This document shows, piece after piece, positions 29,447-41,625 of a stretch of DNA of 64,000 bases. The notes beneath the pieces are model-generated. The model ran no database searches and was not told where the DNA came from. It was given only the letters and a program-made list of their open reading frames with translations. A program made the position numbers and the translations under genes. The stretch spans positions 32,001 through 96,000 of the IMG/VR virus record IMGVR_UViG_3300010400_000001. One strand, given 5' to 3'. The DNA comes from a virus. How positions within the stretch are numbered: the first letter of the stretch is position 1; each line of letters starts with the position of its first letter.

Positions 29447-30319
29447 TCACCTTTCTGCCACGAAGACCGACACGCCGATTTTTCCCTCGGCATGCTTCTC
29501 GACCTTGAAGGCCCACGTTCGAGGCGGATCGCCGAAGGCCATCCGGCGGACGAGCCCGACGCGGAAGTCTTCGCTCTCCTTGAGAGAGAAGGCCTCGTCG
29601 CGAACCTTTTGAGGGATCTCCTGCGGCAGCGCCCTGCGAAAACCTGGCACGTCCGGTTTTTGCTTCGGGCCGAATTTCCCCATGAGCCGCTCCCATTCTG
29701 CGCCGCGCCGCGACATTTCTTCACTCGGCGAGCAGTTACCTCCGCTTCCGTAGCCAGCGAACGCGGCGGCTACGGCGCCCTTGGAAGCGCGGCGACCAAG
29801 GAAGACGCCGCACTGCTTGGCCTGCGAAACCAAAACCATCGTCGTCGCCCGGGCGCAGCGCTCGGTCGCCTCGAGCCCGAGCCCCGCGAGCCGCTGCCAC
29901 TCTTCCCGGGGAACGTTCTTCGATTCATGGTGCTGGCCGAGACACGTCGCGAGACCATCGTCCTGGGTCCAGATCGGATGCTTCTCGCCGGCGTGAATCC
30001 GGCGATCGAAGCGAGTCTCGTTGCCCTCGAGCACCGTATCGGCAAGAGCTATTTCGAACCTGGTCCAGCCTTGTCCGTTTGCGTACTCGGCGGCAGCGCC
30101 GTAGTTTGCCTGCACGATCATCTGTACTCGCTCGGCCCATTCTTCAGGACTTTCTCCTGGCGCCAGGAGATGCGGGATCGCCTCGGCGGCCCTGAAGAGA
30201 GCCGCGACGGCCGCGGTCTCCTTAGCGGTCGGCGCCCGAGGCTCTCCCGCGCTTGGGAGCGTAACCGCCAGCGCTCCAATGATTAGGCCTGCCAAAAAGA
30301 ATCGATGCGACAAATTCAT
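29447..30319 (-). CDS. Secreted protein, possible lysozyme-like fold
   Basis: Signal peptide; ETRF..RIHAG...DDG...CLGQ.H resembles lysozyme-superfamily core. Confidence 0.6.
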   Translation of the reverse strand: MNLSHRFFLAGLIIGALAVTLPSAGEPRAPTAKETAAVAALFRAAEAIPHLLAPGESPEEWAERVQMIVQANYGAAAEYANGQGWTRFEIALADTVLEGNETRFDRRIHAGEKHPIWTQDDGLATCLGQHHESKNVPREEWQRLAGLGLEATERCARATTMVLVSQAKQCGVFLGRRASKGAVAAAFAGYGSGGNCSPSEEMSRRGAEWERLMGKFGPKQKPDVPGFRRALPQEIPQKVRDEAFSLKESEDFRVGLVRRMAFGDPPRTWAFKVEKHAEGKIGVSVFVAER

Positions 30320-31910
30320 GATCTTCTCCGGGTTTGGCTCTGCCTCTGTCAGAGCTTCACCCTTGTACCATTGCACAAGACACGGAGAAACGGCTCTCCG
30401 TTATAGGAAAGCTCGCTCCTATCGAGCGAGTGCGCCCGATACTGCTTTCCGCAGGCGACGCAAATCGATTCTGCAGAAGCGCGAATAAAACCTCGCTGCT
30501 CGTCGAGCCACTCCTGCTCATACCGATCGAGACAATCGGTGCACTCGTTGCCGTTCTCAAAGCGCGGCGGCACTCGTCCGCACGTGACGCAGAGCCCGGC
30601 AGCGCGCCGTGATGCTTGTTCAGGCGTGTCTCCTTCCATCACTTCACCGGAACGACTCGACGGACGTCGTTTCGTCGCTGAGCGATCCGCATCGCGACCT
30701 GCCCGAGCACCGTCGACGTGACAGAGAAGCCGGCAGAGAGCGGAGCGTAGGCCTTACTGACAGCCTCGCACTCTTCGACGGCGGCAGTGAGCCCGGCGAG
30801 GTACGCCTCGGCGAGTGCTCGCTCGACGGCTTCGTTACTGAAGTCCGCCTCAACGAGCTTGGTCACGATCTCCTCGAACCTATTCACGGCTCTTTTTGCG
30901 CGCCTGGATGAGGAGCGCATTGCCGATGGCGACGGCGTCCTCTTCAGTCAGAAAGGCAAGGCCGCTCGGCCCGCTCACACGGAGAGCGACCAGGCCTCGT
31001 TCGACGAGGTGTCCGGGCTCACTTCCGCCCACTTCGATTTCGTAGCCACCTGCAGTGATGAGCTTCATTGGTTTTCTGTTCCTTTTTTGTCCAAGTACTG
31101 ACGAGGGACGACGAGCTCGATTGCGTCGAGCAGTGCCTCTGTCTCCTCAAGGGGCACTGCCGGGGTAGCCTCCACTCGGTACTCGTCCGCAATCCGACAA
31201 AGGAGCGCGTGCGCTCGCGCCAGGAGCGTCCATTCTGACTCCTTGACGTTCTTTCTCAGCCAGTCTTTCAGGCGCCGAAGCTCGGCTTGATTCTTTCTGA
31301 GGTTCGCAATCAGCACCGTCCTCCACGCTTGCGTCTCTTCAACCGAGAGATCGTCCTGGATCTGCTCGATCTCCGCGATGACACGCTCGCGCCGCACCAG
31401 AAACTCCTCGTGAGTCGCCGGCGGCTCGAATTCGACGACTTCGACTCGTTCGCTCACTTGGCTCTCGCCCTTCGGACGAGAGGAGCCCACGGCATCTCCT
31501 CGATTTTCCAGCGACTGCTGTCCTGTCCGTGGTTGTCGTCACAAATGTAGGACTCGTCCGAGATGAGCCTTGTTGCCGGCTCGTCGCAGCCCTCTTCTTC
31601 GCAGCGCGGCATGGCGTCCCGCCATGCATCGAGCTCAGCCGCCAGTCCCTCAATATGCTCAGCAAAGATCCGAGCGCGCGTCTCTTGTTCGTCTCTCTCC
31701 GCAATAAGGTCGTCGAGCTTTGCGAGGGCGCGCCTTCCCGCGGCGATTGCCGGTGACCGCTCCGTCATCGCTTCCTCCGCTTCGGCAACCACTGACCTCT
31801 CGCGACGGGCTTGACACAGCGCTCACAGCACCCGCACAACATACGCCTGCAGTAAATGCCGCACTGGCAGAACCGCTCGGCATGCTTCGGCTCGACTGGA
31901 CAGATGCGCT

Positions 31911-32117
31911 TCATGGCTCTTCCTTCGTTCGGTTCAGAATCCAAGCGCCCCATAACGCAAGCCCCAGGACAACCACGAGCTGGACAACTACCTGCCAGGC
32001 CGGCTCCGGAGGTCGGGGTCGAGGATACTGCTGCAGCGCGAGCGACAGCAGCGCTCCCACCGCCTGAAGCGCGGCCCACACGGCCACAAACCGAACGAAG
32101 GCGCGCGCGGCGTTCAC
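31911..32117 (-). CDS. Small two-TM membrane protein (paralog A)
   Basis: Ends PPEPAWQVVV..LALWGAWILNRTKEEP. Confidence 0.65.
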   Translation of the reverse strand: MNAARAFVRFVAVWAALQAVGALLSLALQQYPRPRPPEPAWQVVVQLVVVLGLALWGAWILNRTKEEP

Positions 32118-32320
32118 GGCCCGTCCTTCGTTCGGATCAGAATCCAAACCCCCCATAGACAAAGGGCAAGGAACATCACAAGGGCGACAACCTCTTGCCA
32201 CGCCTGGACAGGCGGACGCGACACGGGGAACTTCTCGGTAGCAAGAGTCATTAGCTTCGCCATGATGTTGCCCCCGGCCCACATCGTCAGACAGAGCACA
32301 AAGTAGCGGGAGGCATTCAT
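32114..32320 (-). CDS. Small two-TM membrane protein (paralog B)
   Basis: GGAGGAGG SD; ends PPVQAWQEVV..LCLWGVWILIRTKDGP. Confidence 0.65.
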   Translation of the reverse strand: MNASRYFVLCLTMWAGGNIMAKLMTLATEKFPVSRPPVQAWQEVVALVMFLALCLWGVWILIRTKDGP

Positions 32321-34775
32321 GGCCTCCTCCTCTCCGCGCGCCGGCGCGCTGCCTGCTCAGCAACGAGCTGGTCGCGCATCCGCTTGTTGAGGGCTCTCAG
32401 CTGAGGGAGCTCGGCAGCGATCTGCCGCAGCCTAGCTTCGTAGTTTCCGATTTCCTCCTCTTCGGGCGACGCCCAGCCGATGTCGTCGTCGATGATGCTG
32501 CGCAAGCGCCGGAGGCGTTCGGAATCCTCCGGGTCGACGCCGAACCCGCCCACATCGGTCGGCATCGGATAACGGAGCTTCACTTCGCGTGTTTTCGGTT
32601 TCACGGCATCTCCTTTTGCCACCGATTCTCGACTCCAGTCTCCTCCTCGAGTTCGAAGGCACAGAAGCTTTTGCCGTACGCTTTCTCCTTGTCCTCGCCC
32701 CAGCGATCGATGCAGTGCGCGTACCACGTGTGCGCGATGCGAGACTCGGTAAACGCCATGCCGAGCCAAAAGCCGAAGGCCGTCGCGAGGCAGAGCGCCG
32801 TCGTAAAAAGGAGATGAGCGATCATAGACGCCTCGTGTAGGCGTATGCCGCGACAATGCCAGCTGCAAGCACGCCAAGCTGGCTCCACGTCGGCAGCTCG
32901 AGAACTTGGAGGTCACGACCGTTGAACGACACAACGTGGCCTCCGTAGCATTCGAGCCGCACCGCAAGCGGCGGAACTGGCACAGGCATCGGCTGGACGG
33001 CCCAGTGCTCAGCAAAGAACCGTCCTCCCATCGGCCAATCCGGAATGAAGCCCACGTGTGTGTAGTGCACGAAGACCGAACCGCAGCGTGGACAACCGAC
33101 TGACGGTGTCAGAAACGGTGGGAGCTCATCGAGATTTCCCTCGCCCACGCGAATCCAATTCATGGAGTCGCCGCGCTCGGCGCTGCCGCCGCTCATAACG
33201 AGCTCGCCCAGATCGCCTCCTCCAGTCATCGAAGCCACCCGAGGTAAGCGGCGAGCATCAGGAGCAGGACTAAGAGAACGCTCAGCCAAAACACCCCCAC
33301 GTACAGCCATCGGGGCAAAATCGCCTTGTGCTTCTGTCTCATTTTCTCGTCGACCGCGACGAGGATGGCGTCGATCTTACGCTGCTCTTCCTCTGGAGTT
33401 AGCTTCTCGCGCAAGCCGGTAGCCGCATCTTCACGACTGAGCGCACGCTCGTGGTCCGCTGGAGAACTCACCTCGATCCGCTCTGCCGGAATATCCCTGA
33501 ATCCACCTAGCGACTCTTCTATCGTTCGCTTTTCGTAAGACTCGAACGGAAGCGCGAGGAATCCCGGCTTCTGCTCTCCGAGCCTGAAGCTCGTGGGCAG
33601 GGACTGCTGCGAGCGGCGGAGATCTTTCTCCTCGCCGAAGATGCCGCCGAAGATCCCACCGCCCTCGAGCCGCCCGGTCGACTCGAGCTCGTCGGCCATC
33701 TCGAATTGCTTGCGATAGTGCTCGCGCACCGCCGGCTCCTTGATCTTGGCAAGGACCTCTTCCATCTGCTTCTTGTCCATCGCTCTCCTTTTTCAGTGCT
33801 CCTTCGGCACGCCCAAAACAGTCTTGACCTCGATCGCCGGGCAGTTCTTGCACGTGAAGACGAGCCTGGTGGCGCCGGACGCTCGGCGCTCTATAGCCAA
33901 TAGGAGATCCGGCAGCGCCGTCTCTGGCACCTCTCTGATGTTCACGTCCCCAGCTATGGGGATCGCAACGACTTCCGCGCGGAGCTCCCACTGGTGAAGG
34001 CACGGAGCCAACGCCGGGTGACGGCCCCAATGTCTGAGTATCAAGGCCCACACGAAGACCACAAGCGAGAAGGCCAGGGAGAACCCAACGAAGTAGACTA
34101 TGGTCACGACGCCGTCTTCCCCTCTACTTCGTCCGCCTTCTTTTCGTACGCGCGAGAGAGCGCGACACACGCGTCCTTCCGCTGCTCGGCCGAGACTGCC
34201 TGATCGACGTAAAAGCGAGCTAGGTCTCGCCATCCCTCGGCAAGCTCATGCCGCTCGGCGATGATGCGCTCTTGCTCGCGAAGAGCCCTGTCGGCCGCCG
34301 CGATGAGCCCCGAATGCCTAGCACGCTCTCGACCGAGCTCTCGCTGGGCGACAACGCCTTCCTTTGCCGCAGCGATCATCTCGCTCCAGTTATGGAAGCC
34401 CTGCTGCCTGGCGAAGCGCTGTTTATTCATAGCGCTTTCCGTAGAGCCTCTCGGCTGCGTCCCGCACTCCGTCCTGAAGATGGCCGAGGTTTTTTGCCTC
34501 GTGCTCGACGATCGTCGCGAGCAGGCGCCTGGCCTCGACGAGGCGACCGAGAGCCCAGAGCGCTCGCTCTCGACTGTAGGGAGATCCGGTAGGCGTCAGC
34601 GCATCGAGCGTCGCCGCGATGCCGTTCGCCATCTCGAGCGAAGTCGTATCGATCTCGATGTAGCCCGAGGCGATCACCGAGAAGATCTCGACTCCCTTGT
34701 CCCAGTTCTTGCTCTTCCTCACCACCACCGTGCCACTGCTCGACCGATAGCACCCGTCGTCGTCAAAATTAATGC

Positions 34776-35693
34776 TCACCGTTTTCCTCCGATTGTGATG
34801 TTCATCGCCTTTTCAAGAAACCCGAAAGCACGTAGCCCTCGATCCCGAAACCCCCCAAGTGCTCCGCCGACAAGGAGGTCCTTCACTCGGCCGAGCATGA
34901 ACTCCGGAGAGCAGTCGGCGTCGCTGCCGAGCCCCCTGGCAGCGTCCAAGAGAACCTCTGTCGCGTACGCGTTCGTCATCGACATGATGAGAGCGAACGA
35001 CCAGAGCATCTGCTGCTCCTTCGTGTGCTGCCACGTATCCTCTCCCGAGTTCGGAGACCACCGGATGTCCTGCCTCGCCGGCGGCCCGAGAAGCTCGGGG
35101 AGCACCTCGGCTGCAAACGCACACTGCGCGGCGTCCATGGACTCATCGCGAAGGAGCTCGCTCGTCACCGAAACCCAAAGACGGGCGACCGATTTCTGCT
35201 TGCTCGTCCACTTGCCGCGCACGGCGCCGCCGGTGACTAGGGATCGAAGCTCCGTCTCGGTCAGAAGCGGATGCCCCTTCTCGTCCATGAGCGCGATGCC
35301 GCTCGGGCTCTTCGCGCATGGCTTCACGAACACGCCGGTCGCGTGAACCACCGGCGCCAAGACTTCGAGAAATCGAGCTGGGCTCTGTTCGAGACACTTG
35401 TAGAGGAGCTTCTGGGCGTAGCCAGACGAGAGCGTCACACCGAGTCCGCCGAGAGAGAGGATGCCCGAGCCGACGGCGTGGACCTGATCGACGTTGCTAC
35501 CCGCAGCCTGGCAAGCGACAGCGAACGTGGTTTCCCAAAAAGTCTTCGTGCCGAAGCCCGGGGCGCGGGCGCCGGCGGCGCACCAGCCGCTGTCCTCTGC
35601 CCGCATGCACCACCTGACCCACGGCCGGCCCTGAGGCGTCCGTGCGGGCGCATCCTCGGGCACGTACTGGGAGCCCAGGACGTCGAAGATCAT
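34776..35693 (-). CDS. Hypothetical 305-aa protein
   Basis: Long ORF coupled to both neighbours. Confidence 0.7.
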   Translation of the reverse strand: MIFDVLGSQYVPEDAPARTPQGRPWVRWCMRAEDSGWCAAGARAPGFGTKTFWETTFAVACQAAGSNVDQVHAVGSGILSLGGLGVTLSSGYAQKLLYKCLEQSPARFLEVLAPVVHATGVFVKPCAKSPSGIALMDEKGHPLLTETELRSLVTGGAVRGKWTSKQKSVARLWVSVTSELLRDESMDAAQCAFAAEVLPELLGPPARQDIRWSPNSGEDTWQHTKEQQMLWSFALIMSMTNAYATEVLLDAARGLGSDADCSPEFMLGRVKDLLVGGALGGFRDRGLRAFGFLEKAMNITIGGKR

Positions 35694-37946
35694 TCGGCCT
35701 CCTCCGTCGCTGCTTTAAAGCACTTCGACCATGTCGTGTGCATGTCTCGCACTCGCGAGACGGGAATGTAGCGAGCAGAGTCGTCTCCTACGAACGCTCG
35801 AATGCCGAAGAATCCTGTTTTTTGTGTGTGCACGAGGATGTCGCTCAAGCGCGCCACGGCGTCGATGACGTACGCCTTTCCATCCGCGAGGAGCACAACC
35901 CGACCGGTGCATACGAATGACACCTTCTCCCCGTCGTCGAGAGTGAGAAGAATAAAGAGCTTGCCCACGTTGAACTTCTGAGGCTCCGGCGCGGCCGCCG
36001 GCTCTGGTTCCGATGCTGGCGCATCCGGCGCATCCGGCGACGATTGCTTTTTTGCAAACGGCCACATCAGAGCGGCCTCCCTGTAGTCGGTGGGCTACCC
36101 GCGCGGGCACGATGCACAGTGAACCAGAGCACCGCGCTGTCGGTGAGCCTCCTGCAGCGATTACCCGCGGTGGCGCCGCACGTCGGACAGGCGACGAAGT
36201 GCGGCGACGAGCCTTCCTGGTCCTCTGCCACCACGTCGGGCTCCAGATCGCTTTCCCGCCTGGCGCCTTCTTGCCTTCTGATTTTCTCGTGCGCGGCAAA
36301 AATGCTTGACGCAACGGCTAGCGCGCGATCCGGAGGGATCGCGTGGACGACGCGCGTGAGTCCCCACGCGAGAACGACACGAAGCCCGCCGTCGCCGAGG
36401 ACCTCGAAGCTCGATGTGTGCTCTACGTCTTTGGCTATCATCAGTACCGCTTCCCGTTGATGATCTGCACGTTCTCTTCGTCGATGCAGACGACGGTGAA
36501 ACCGAAACCCACGACGGGCACGCCGTGCTTGGCAACGCAGGCATTCCACCGGAGGTTCTTGTCCACCTCGATCTGTCGCTCAGTCGGCTCTTGAATCGCC
36601 TCCGCAGAGTGCACGATCCGAGGCGTCTCGCTATCGAACTCCGCGGGCAGCCACGCAGAGACGCTTGGCGCCGCAGAGGGCGACGGCTTCGCGCTGTCAC
36701 GCAAGCCATCTCGCATGCCCCACAGCGCGCCGGTCGTGCCCGCCGTGGCGCCTACGACGAGAAAAAAGCAGCTGACCACGGTGAATGCGGTCGTGAGCGA
36801 GACCGGGTACTCGAGAATTCGTTGCCTCAGGGTCTTCATCGCCTCTCGCTCCTCCTTCCCTGTTCGGGCGGCGTCTCGTTCTTGAATCCCGGCAGGAAAC
36901 GGACGCCACCGTGCACTCCACCGCGGGCCGCCAGGTGAGGCCACAGTACTGGCACGAGTGCGTGTGATGAGGCTTCGTGGCGAACTCCCCCTCGTCGACG
37001 TGAAGCTCCCCGCAGGCCTCGCATGGCAGTCGCATCGGGATCGGTTCGCGCTCGCTCACGCTTTTCCCCGTTCTCGATCGCCCATCATGGCGTCGAAGAC
37101 TTCCGGGCCGAGTTCCTGCCGCATCTCTTCGATCTGCTCTAGCGTCGGGCTCTCGTCGTCGTATGCGCCATCGACTACCTTCTGCGCCAGATCGACAAAG
37201 CCCGCTGCCTGGAGGTCGGCGACCAACTGTATCTTCGGCGTCGCAAGCTCGGAATCGAAGTCGTGGTAGACGCCGGCCTTAGCTCGCTGCTCGATGTAGG
37301 CGCGCTTGAGCGAGTACGGCTTCTTCCAGAGATCTTCGACGAGCTCTTTCTTGGTCGTTCCCATCAGCGGGCCTCCTGAGCGGTAAAGCGACGGATGAGT
37401 TCCATCACGAGTTCGTCGCCACCCTGGCGCCGGTCAATGTACTCCGATGCGACGTAGTGCTCGTCCGCTACGCCGCGCCCGGCCTTGCGGCGCACGTACC
37501 CGGGCTTGTCGGGATCATCTTCGTTCGTGGAACATGCCCAAACCGTCGGCTCCCCGCCGCCCATCCGCTGAGGCGAGAGCGGTCCGCCGCAAACAGGACA
37601 TGGCGGGATCACGCTCGGCCGATAGCGCTCGGTCAGCTCTTCGACGAGCTCCGCATTGCTCCAGTCCGGCGGTTCCTTTTCGTAGCGCTCGTTTCGTTTC
37701 TTGCGCTCGGCTGGTGTCATCCTGGCCCCCCTCTCGCCGGCGAGTCACTCACGAATCGAATGGCGCGCTTAGGAACAAGCGCGGACCCCAATGCCCCGAG
37801 AAAACGACCGCGCCCACCAAGCCGCACTGCGCGCTCGTCCACTGTTCGGATCCGGTACCGTGTTTTCGTTTCCCCAACGACGAGAACCGCCGTCTCGTGA
37901 TAGCCGGCCCAGTCGTTCATACACAGCCAGGCCATGCGCTCGGTAG

Positions 37947-38801
37947 TCATCTAACCCTCCCTACTTCCTCACCGCAATCCGGACAGCGACCGACGATGGT
38001 ACTCGGGTGTTCGCACTTGGCTGGCGCATCACCGAGAACCGAGCGGGCTTTTTCGAGCCACGGCATGACGAGTTCTTGATTGTGCGGACTGATAGACCGG
38101 GCTGCCTGAGCGAACGGCATTGCCTCCCGCACGAGCGCGCGGAGTTCGTCGAGCGTGGCATCGCCACGAGCCGGCTCAGCCACGGATACGATGTCCGAGC
38201 TCGCGAATGCTGGCGGCCCGTACGGCACATGTGCCTTCGGCTCCCGGTTGCGTTCCCAACATTCGGCGTGGAGCCCCTGCCAAATCGTGGCACCACCGAC
38301 ACGCATTCGGACAAGCCACTCCACCGGCTTGCCGTCATAGAAGCCAGCTTCGTCCCGCGGCTTGTGGCAAATAACACACGAGCAACGGCAGTCCTCGCCT
38401 GTCGCCGGGACTGGTAGGAAGACGAGTTGATCCTGCCTGGCTTCGCGGAGGGCTGCGGCTTCCGCGCGCGCCTCGTTGCGTTGCCCGACCAACACCGCCA
38501 CGGATCTAGGAAGCTGGTAGTCCTCGCTGTCGAATTCGTCGCCGGGCAACGCATCCTCGGTTTGCACGTATGCCTCACATGCCCAGAGAATCTTTCGACC
38601 CTTGCCGACGTCGTCATCCCCGAGACCGAGCCTGCCGTCGATGGCGGAGTAAGCGGCATCGCGGAGCTTTCTGAGCTCGGTGACCTCTCTAGCCAGCTCA
38701 CGTATTACAGCGATCTCTGGCGCCTCTTCCTGCTTCGGCGGACAAATCAGGTGGCGTCCGGGCTGCCCGCAACGCTCGCAGTAGCGAGGAACGAGGCTCA
38801 T
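37947..38801 (-). CDS. Modular hypothetical protein with zinc-finger segments
   Basis: CxxC motifs; shares a C-terminal module with 38798-39040. Confidence 0.65.
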   Translation of the reverse strand: MSLVPRYCERCGQPGRHLICPPKQEEAPEIAVIRELAREVTELRKLRDAAYSAIDGRLGLGDDDVGKGRKILWACEAYVQTEDALPGDEFDSEDYQLPRSVAVLVGQRNEARAEAAALREARQDQLVFLPVPATGEDCRCSCVICHKPRDEAGFYDGKPVEWLVRMRVGGATIWQGLHAECWERNREPKAHVPYGPPAFASSDIVSVAEPARGDATLDELRALVREAMPFAQAARSISPHNQELVMPWLEKARSVLGDAPAKCEHPSTIVGRCPDCGEEVGRVR

Positions 38802-38929
38802 GTGCCGCTCCCATCGCCTAGGACGGAGCGGGCTTTGTCGAGCCACTCTCGCGCATCGTCAGAGCCCCGCACGTCGGCGTACTCGAGTGCATCGCACATC
38901 GGCATTGCCTCCCGCACGAGCGCGCGGAG
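38115..38929. repeat. 30-bp exact direct repeat (38115-38144, 38900-38929) plus near-identical 21-mer (38041-38061, 38826-38846)
   Basis: CGGCATTGCCTCCCGCACGAGCGCGCGGAG seen twice. Confidence 0.85.
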
Positions 38930-39308
38930 CGTATCGATCTCGCAAACGAGCTCTCGCACCATGACCCGAGCGCCCTTGGGGTACTCCGACCTGGCTCCCC
39001 AGTCGCGACATTCAGCCAACTTGCTCTCCTTCATGGCCACTCCGAACAGCCGAGCACCCGCGGCTCGTCGCTATGCTTGAGCTCGTCCCACATGGAGACC
39101 GTTCCACGCTCCGTATCCGTGTTGCACTTCAGTTTCCGGGCGCGCTCTTCTGAGCATTCCGAGATCGTCGCTTCCTCGAAGTCTTCCGGGTCTGATCCCT
39201 GCTCCTCACCCACGACGTAAAGAAGCTCTCGAGCGTGCTCCGGATGCAGGGCAGCGACCCAGTACGTTGCGCCGCCCACCGCGGCCTGGAAGATCTTGAG
39301 CGGCAGCG

Positions 39309-40328
39309 TCATGGCTCGAACCCGAGCCTACCGAGCTCCGCGGCGATGAGGTCGAGGTCCCCCCACGCTTCGTCGGTCACTTTTCCGTGTTTGTTCATCC
39401 AATGGCGCATCATCTGGCACAGGGCGCGGAGCTCGAAGTGCTCGGCGGCGAATTGGCGGCGACTGTATGCCGGACAGAGCCGAGCTTCCTGAATCGCGTC
39501 TTCGATATCGGCGCCGCAGTCGCCGCACATGTCGGCGCCGCCCTCTGCCGGGGTGACAGGACGGTGCGTCTCCACGATGGTGACGAGCGAGTCGTGAACT
39601 CTAGAAACGATCGACTCGAAGTTCTCTTCGTCGGGACACCCAGCTGCTTCGGTTAGGCGCGCCAAGGATGCGCGGAGCGTCGTGTTCTCGGCATGAAGCC
39701 GTTTCAGCGAGTCCCGATCTGCTTCCGCGAGCGCCCTCGGCAGGCGCTGGCGATTGAGCCTCACGATCTGCTCACGCAATTCGACGTTCTCGCGCCGAAG
39801 CTCCTCGACCTCTTTCGTAGGTTCCTGCATTTCCCTCACCTCCATGTGCCGGATTGCGTCCGCGAACACGCGGAGACCAACTTCCGTATCGATGTGGTAG
39901 ACGTCGACCACGATTCGCGCGGCCGCGGCCTTCTTATCGACTACGCATCGCCATGTGTTTTCGATCCATTTAAGCCTTTCGGGCACGCTCTCTTCTCTCC
40001 CATCAGGGTCTTCGTACAAGCGCACGCCGTCAGCGTCGTAGTATTTCGCGCCGTAGGACTCCGGGTGAGGACAGGCGCAATGGCCGCCGCTCCGAATGTC
40101 GGTCCTGCCCACCGGATCGGCGTACAGCTCTCGCGCGAGTTCGATCGGCACCGGCCCCTCGGCTACCCAGTAGGTCCACGCGCGATGGAAGTTAATGAGG
40201 CCGAGTTTGCCCTGGAGCGTTGCCGCTACCTCGCCAGCCAAGCGGGGGCCCTTGACGATCGAAATCCGCGCGCGCGTGAGCTCCTCTCGGATGTGCTCGT
40301 CACACTCGGCCGAGCCGGCTAGATTCAC
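39309..40328 (-). CDS. Hypothetical protein with coiled-coil C-terminal half
   Basis: Long ORF; start trimmed to GTG (MNLAG). Confidence 0.65.
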   Translation of the reverse strand: MNLAGSAECDEHIREELTRARISIVKGPRLAGEVAATLQGKLGLINFHRAWTYWVAEGPVPIELARELYADPVGRTDIRSGGHCACPHPESYGAKYYDADGVRLYEDPDGREESVPERLKWIENTWRCVVDKKAAAARIVVDVYHIDTEVGLRVFADAIRHMEVREMQEPTKEVEELRRENVELREQIVRLNRQRLPRALAEADRDSLKRLHAENTTLRASLARLTEAAGCPDEENFESIVSRVHDSLVTIVETHRPVTPAEGGADMCGDCGADIEDAIQEARLCPAYSRRQFAAEHFELRALCQMMRHWMNKHGKVTDEAWGDLDLIAAELGRLGFEP

Positions 40329-40763
40329 GAGTCCGCTCACTTCTTTTTTCCTTGCGCCGGGTACACGATTCGCACGAAGGCATACTCCCAGATGACAACG
40401 TCCTGGCCGCGCGCCCACTCCTGAATCCCTTCGAGCGGCTCCTTCTCGAGCAGGAAGTGTTCGCCGTTCGGACGGACAATGATCCAGTGATTCGCGCCCG
40501 AGAGCGGAGCGGGGACGAGCGCTTCCGGATCTGCCGTTGCATGCGCGTCCACCTTGGTTGGTTCTTTATTCATGTGCCTCACAGTTTCGCTACTACTACA
40601 GCGATGGCCACGCTCCCCGCGCACCAGCGCGGGCTCGCGCCAAGAGCGAAGGCGCACGCTCCAACGAAGAGCGCGTTACCGAGAATGGTCGTCATGTGCT
40701 CCACTTTCTCTGCCACGAGCTTCATTGCCGGGTCGACCCGTTCCGCTTCGTCGAACACGTCTC

Positions 40764-41279
40764 TCACTTCTCGGCCTCGAGCTCTTTCCTCAAAAGCTCC
40801 TGAAGTCGCGGGAGCGCGACCGTCACCCAGTGCTTGAGCCCGTAGCTCATCCTGTAGACGGCGAACTCGTGCGGCGACTCGAAACTCGTCTCGCGGTACC
40901 AATCGTAAAAGCCCACGATATCGTCCTCGACACTCGAGGCGATTTCCCACTCGCGGAGGGCGTCTTCGTGGCTCAGGCGCTGAGCGCGTCGCTCGGTCCG
41001 GATGTGCTCCCGAATTTTCTCGAACGTTTCCTGCCCGTCGTAGACCTGGAGTTCCTCTTTCTTCCCCATGCCGAACTTCCCGGCAACGTAGTCCGGGCCA
41101 GTGGACTCGAAGAACTGCCGGAAGTCTGGAAACCCCGTGTGCGCAGTCACCCACCGGAAGCACCAGGTCCCGTAGTCCGACAGAACGGCCACGCATCCAG
41201 TCGAATCAATGAAGACGATCGACCACGAGTCGCTTCCGTCCGGAAGCGCGGGAAGTTGGTAGCGCCACGTCGTCGTCAT
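40764..41279 (-). CDS. Hypothetical phage protein
   Basis: SDYG.W.F.W ... DYVAGK pattern; abuts upstream stop. Confidence 0.7.
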   Translation of the reverse strand: MTTTWRYQLPALPDGSDSWSIVFIDSTGCVAVLSDYGTWCFRWVTAHTGFPDFRQFFESTGPDYVAGKFGMGKKEELQVYDGQETFEKIREHIRTERRAQRLSHEDALREWEIASSVEDDIVGFYDWYRETSFESPHEFAVYRMSYGLKHWVTVALPRLQELLRKELEAEK

Positions 41280-41588
41280 CCTAGAGCGTCGCTCCCAAGT
41301 CTTCCAAGACTCTCGCCATGGCGCCGAGCTCCCTCACGTAGCGCTGCACCTTCCTGTTGACGCGGCCAGCGCGGGAGTCGGAGGCAATATTGCCGAGGCG
41401 TTCGGCGCGCCGGAGGACGGCGATCGCTTCCCGCACGTGACGGGCGGCGTCATCAAAAGCGATGAGTTGGTCACCGACAGTCAAAAGCTCAGTGACGTGC
41501 TGCGGAAGCTTCGCGTGCATCGTTTTTCTCCTGGCGCGTCGTTGCTCGGCGCGACAGGACTCGGGCCCAAGGACAATCCTCGAGCTTC

Positions 41589-41625
41589 GGCTAGCACTGC
41601 TAGCTCGCCTGTGATTCACTGTCAA
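41589..41625 (-). promoter_or_regulatory. Leftward promoter (TTGACA at 41625-41620) with palindromic operator over the -10 region
   Basis: At the strand switch; operator identical to 2425-2441. Confidence 0.65.

Larger units (their letters stand above)
28515..41520 (-). other. Leftward array of about 35 small, mostly hypothetical genes (early/accessory region)
   Basis: Dense co-oriented short ORFs with 4-nt overlaps (e.g. 28515-28769, 28766-29020, 31065-31490, 33226-33780, 35690-36067, 37056-37364, 37364-37720, 39031-39312), many with CxxC. Confidence 0.75.
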
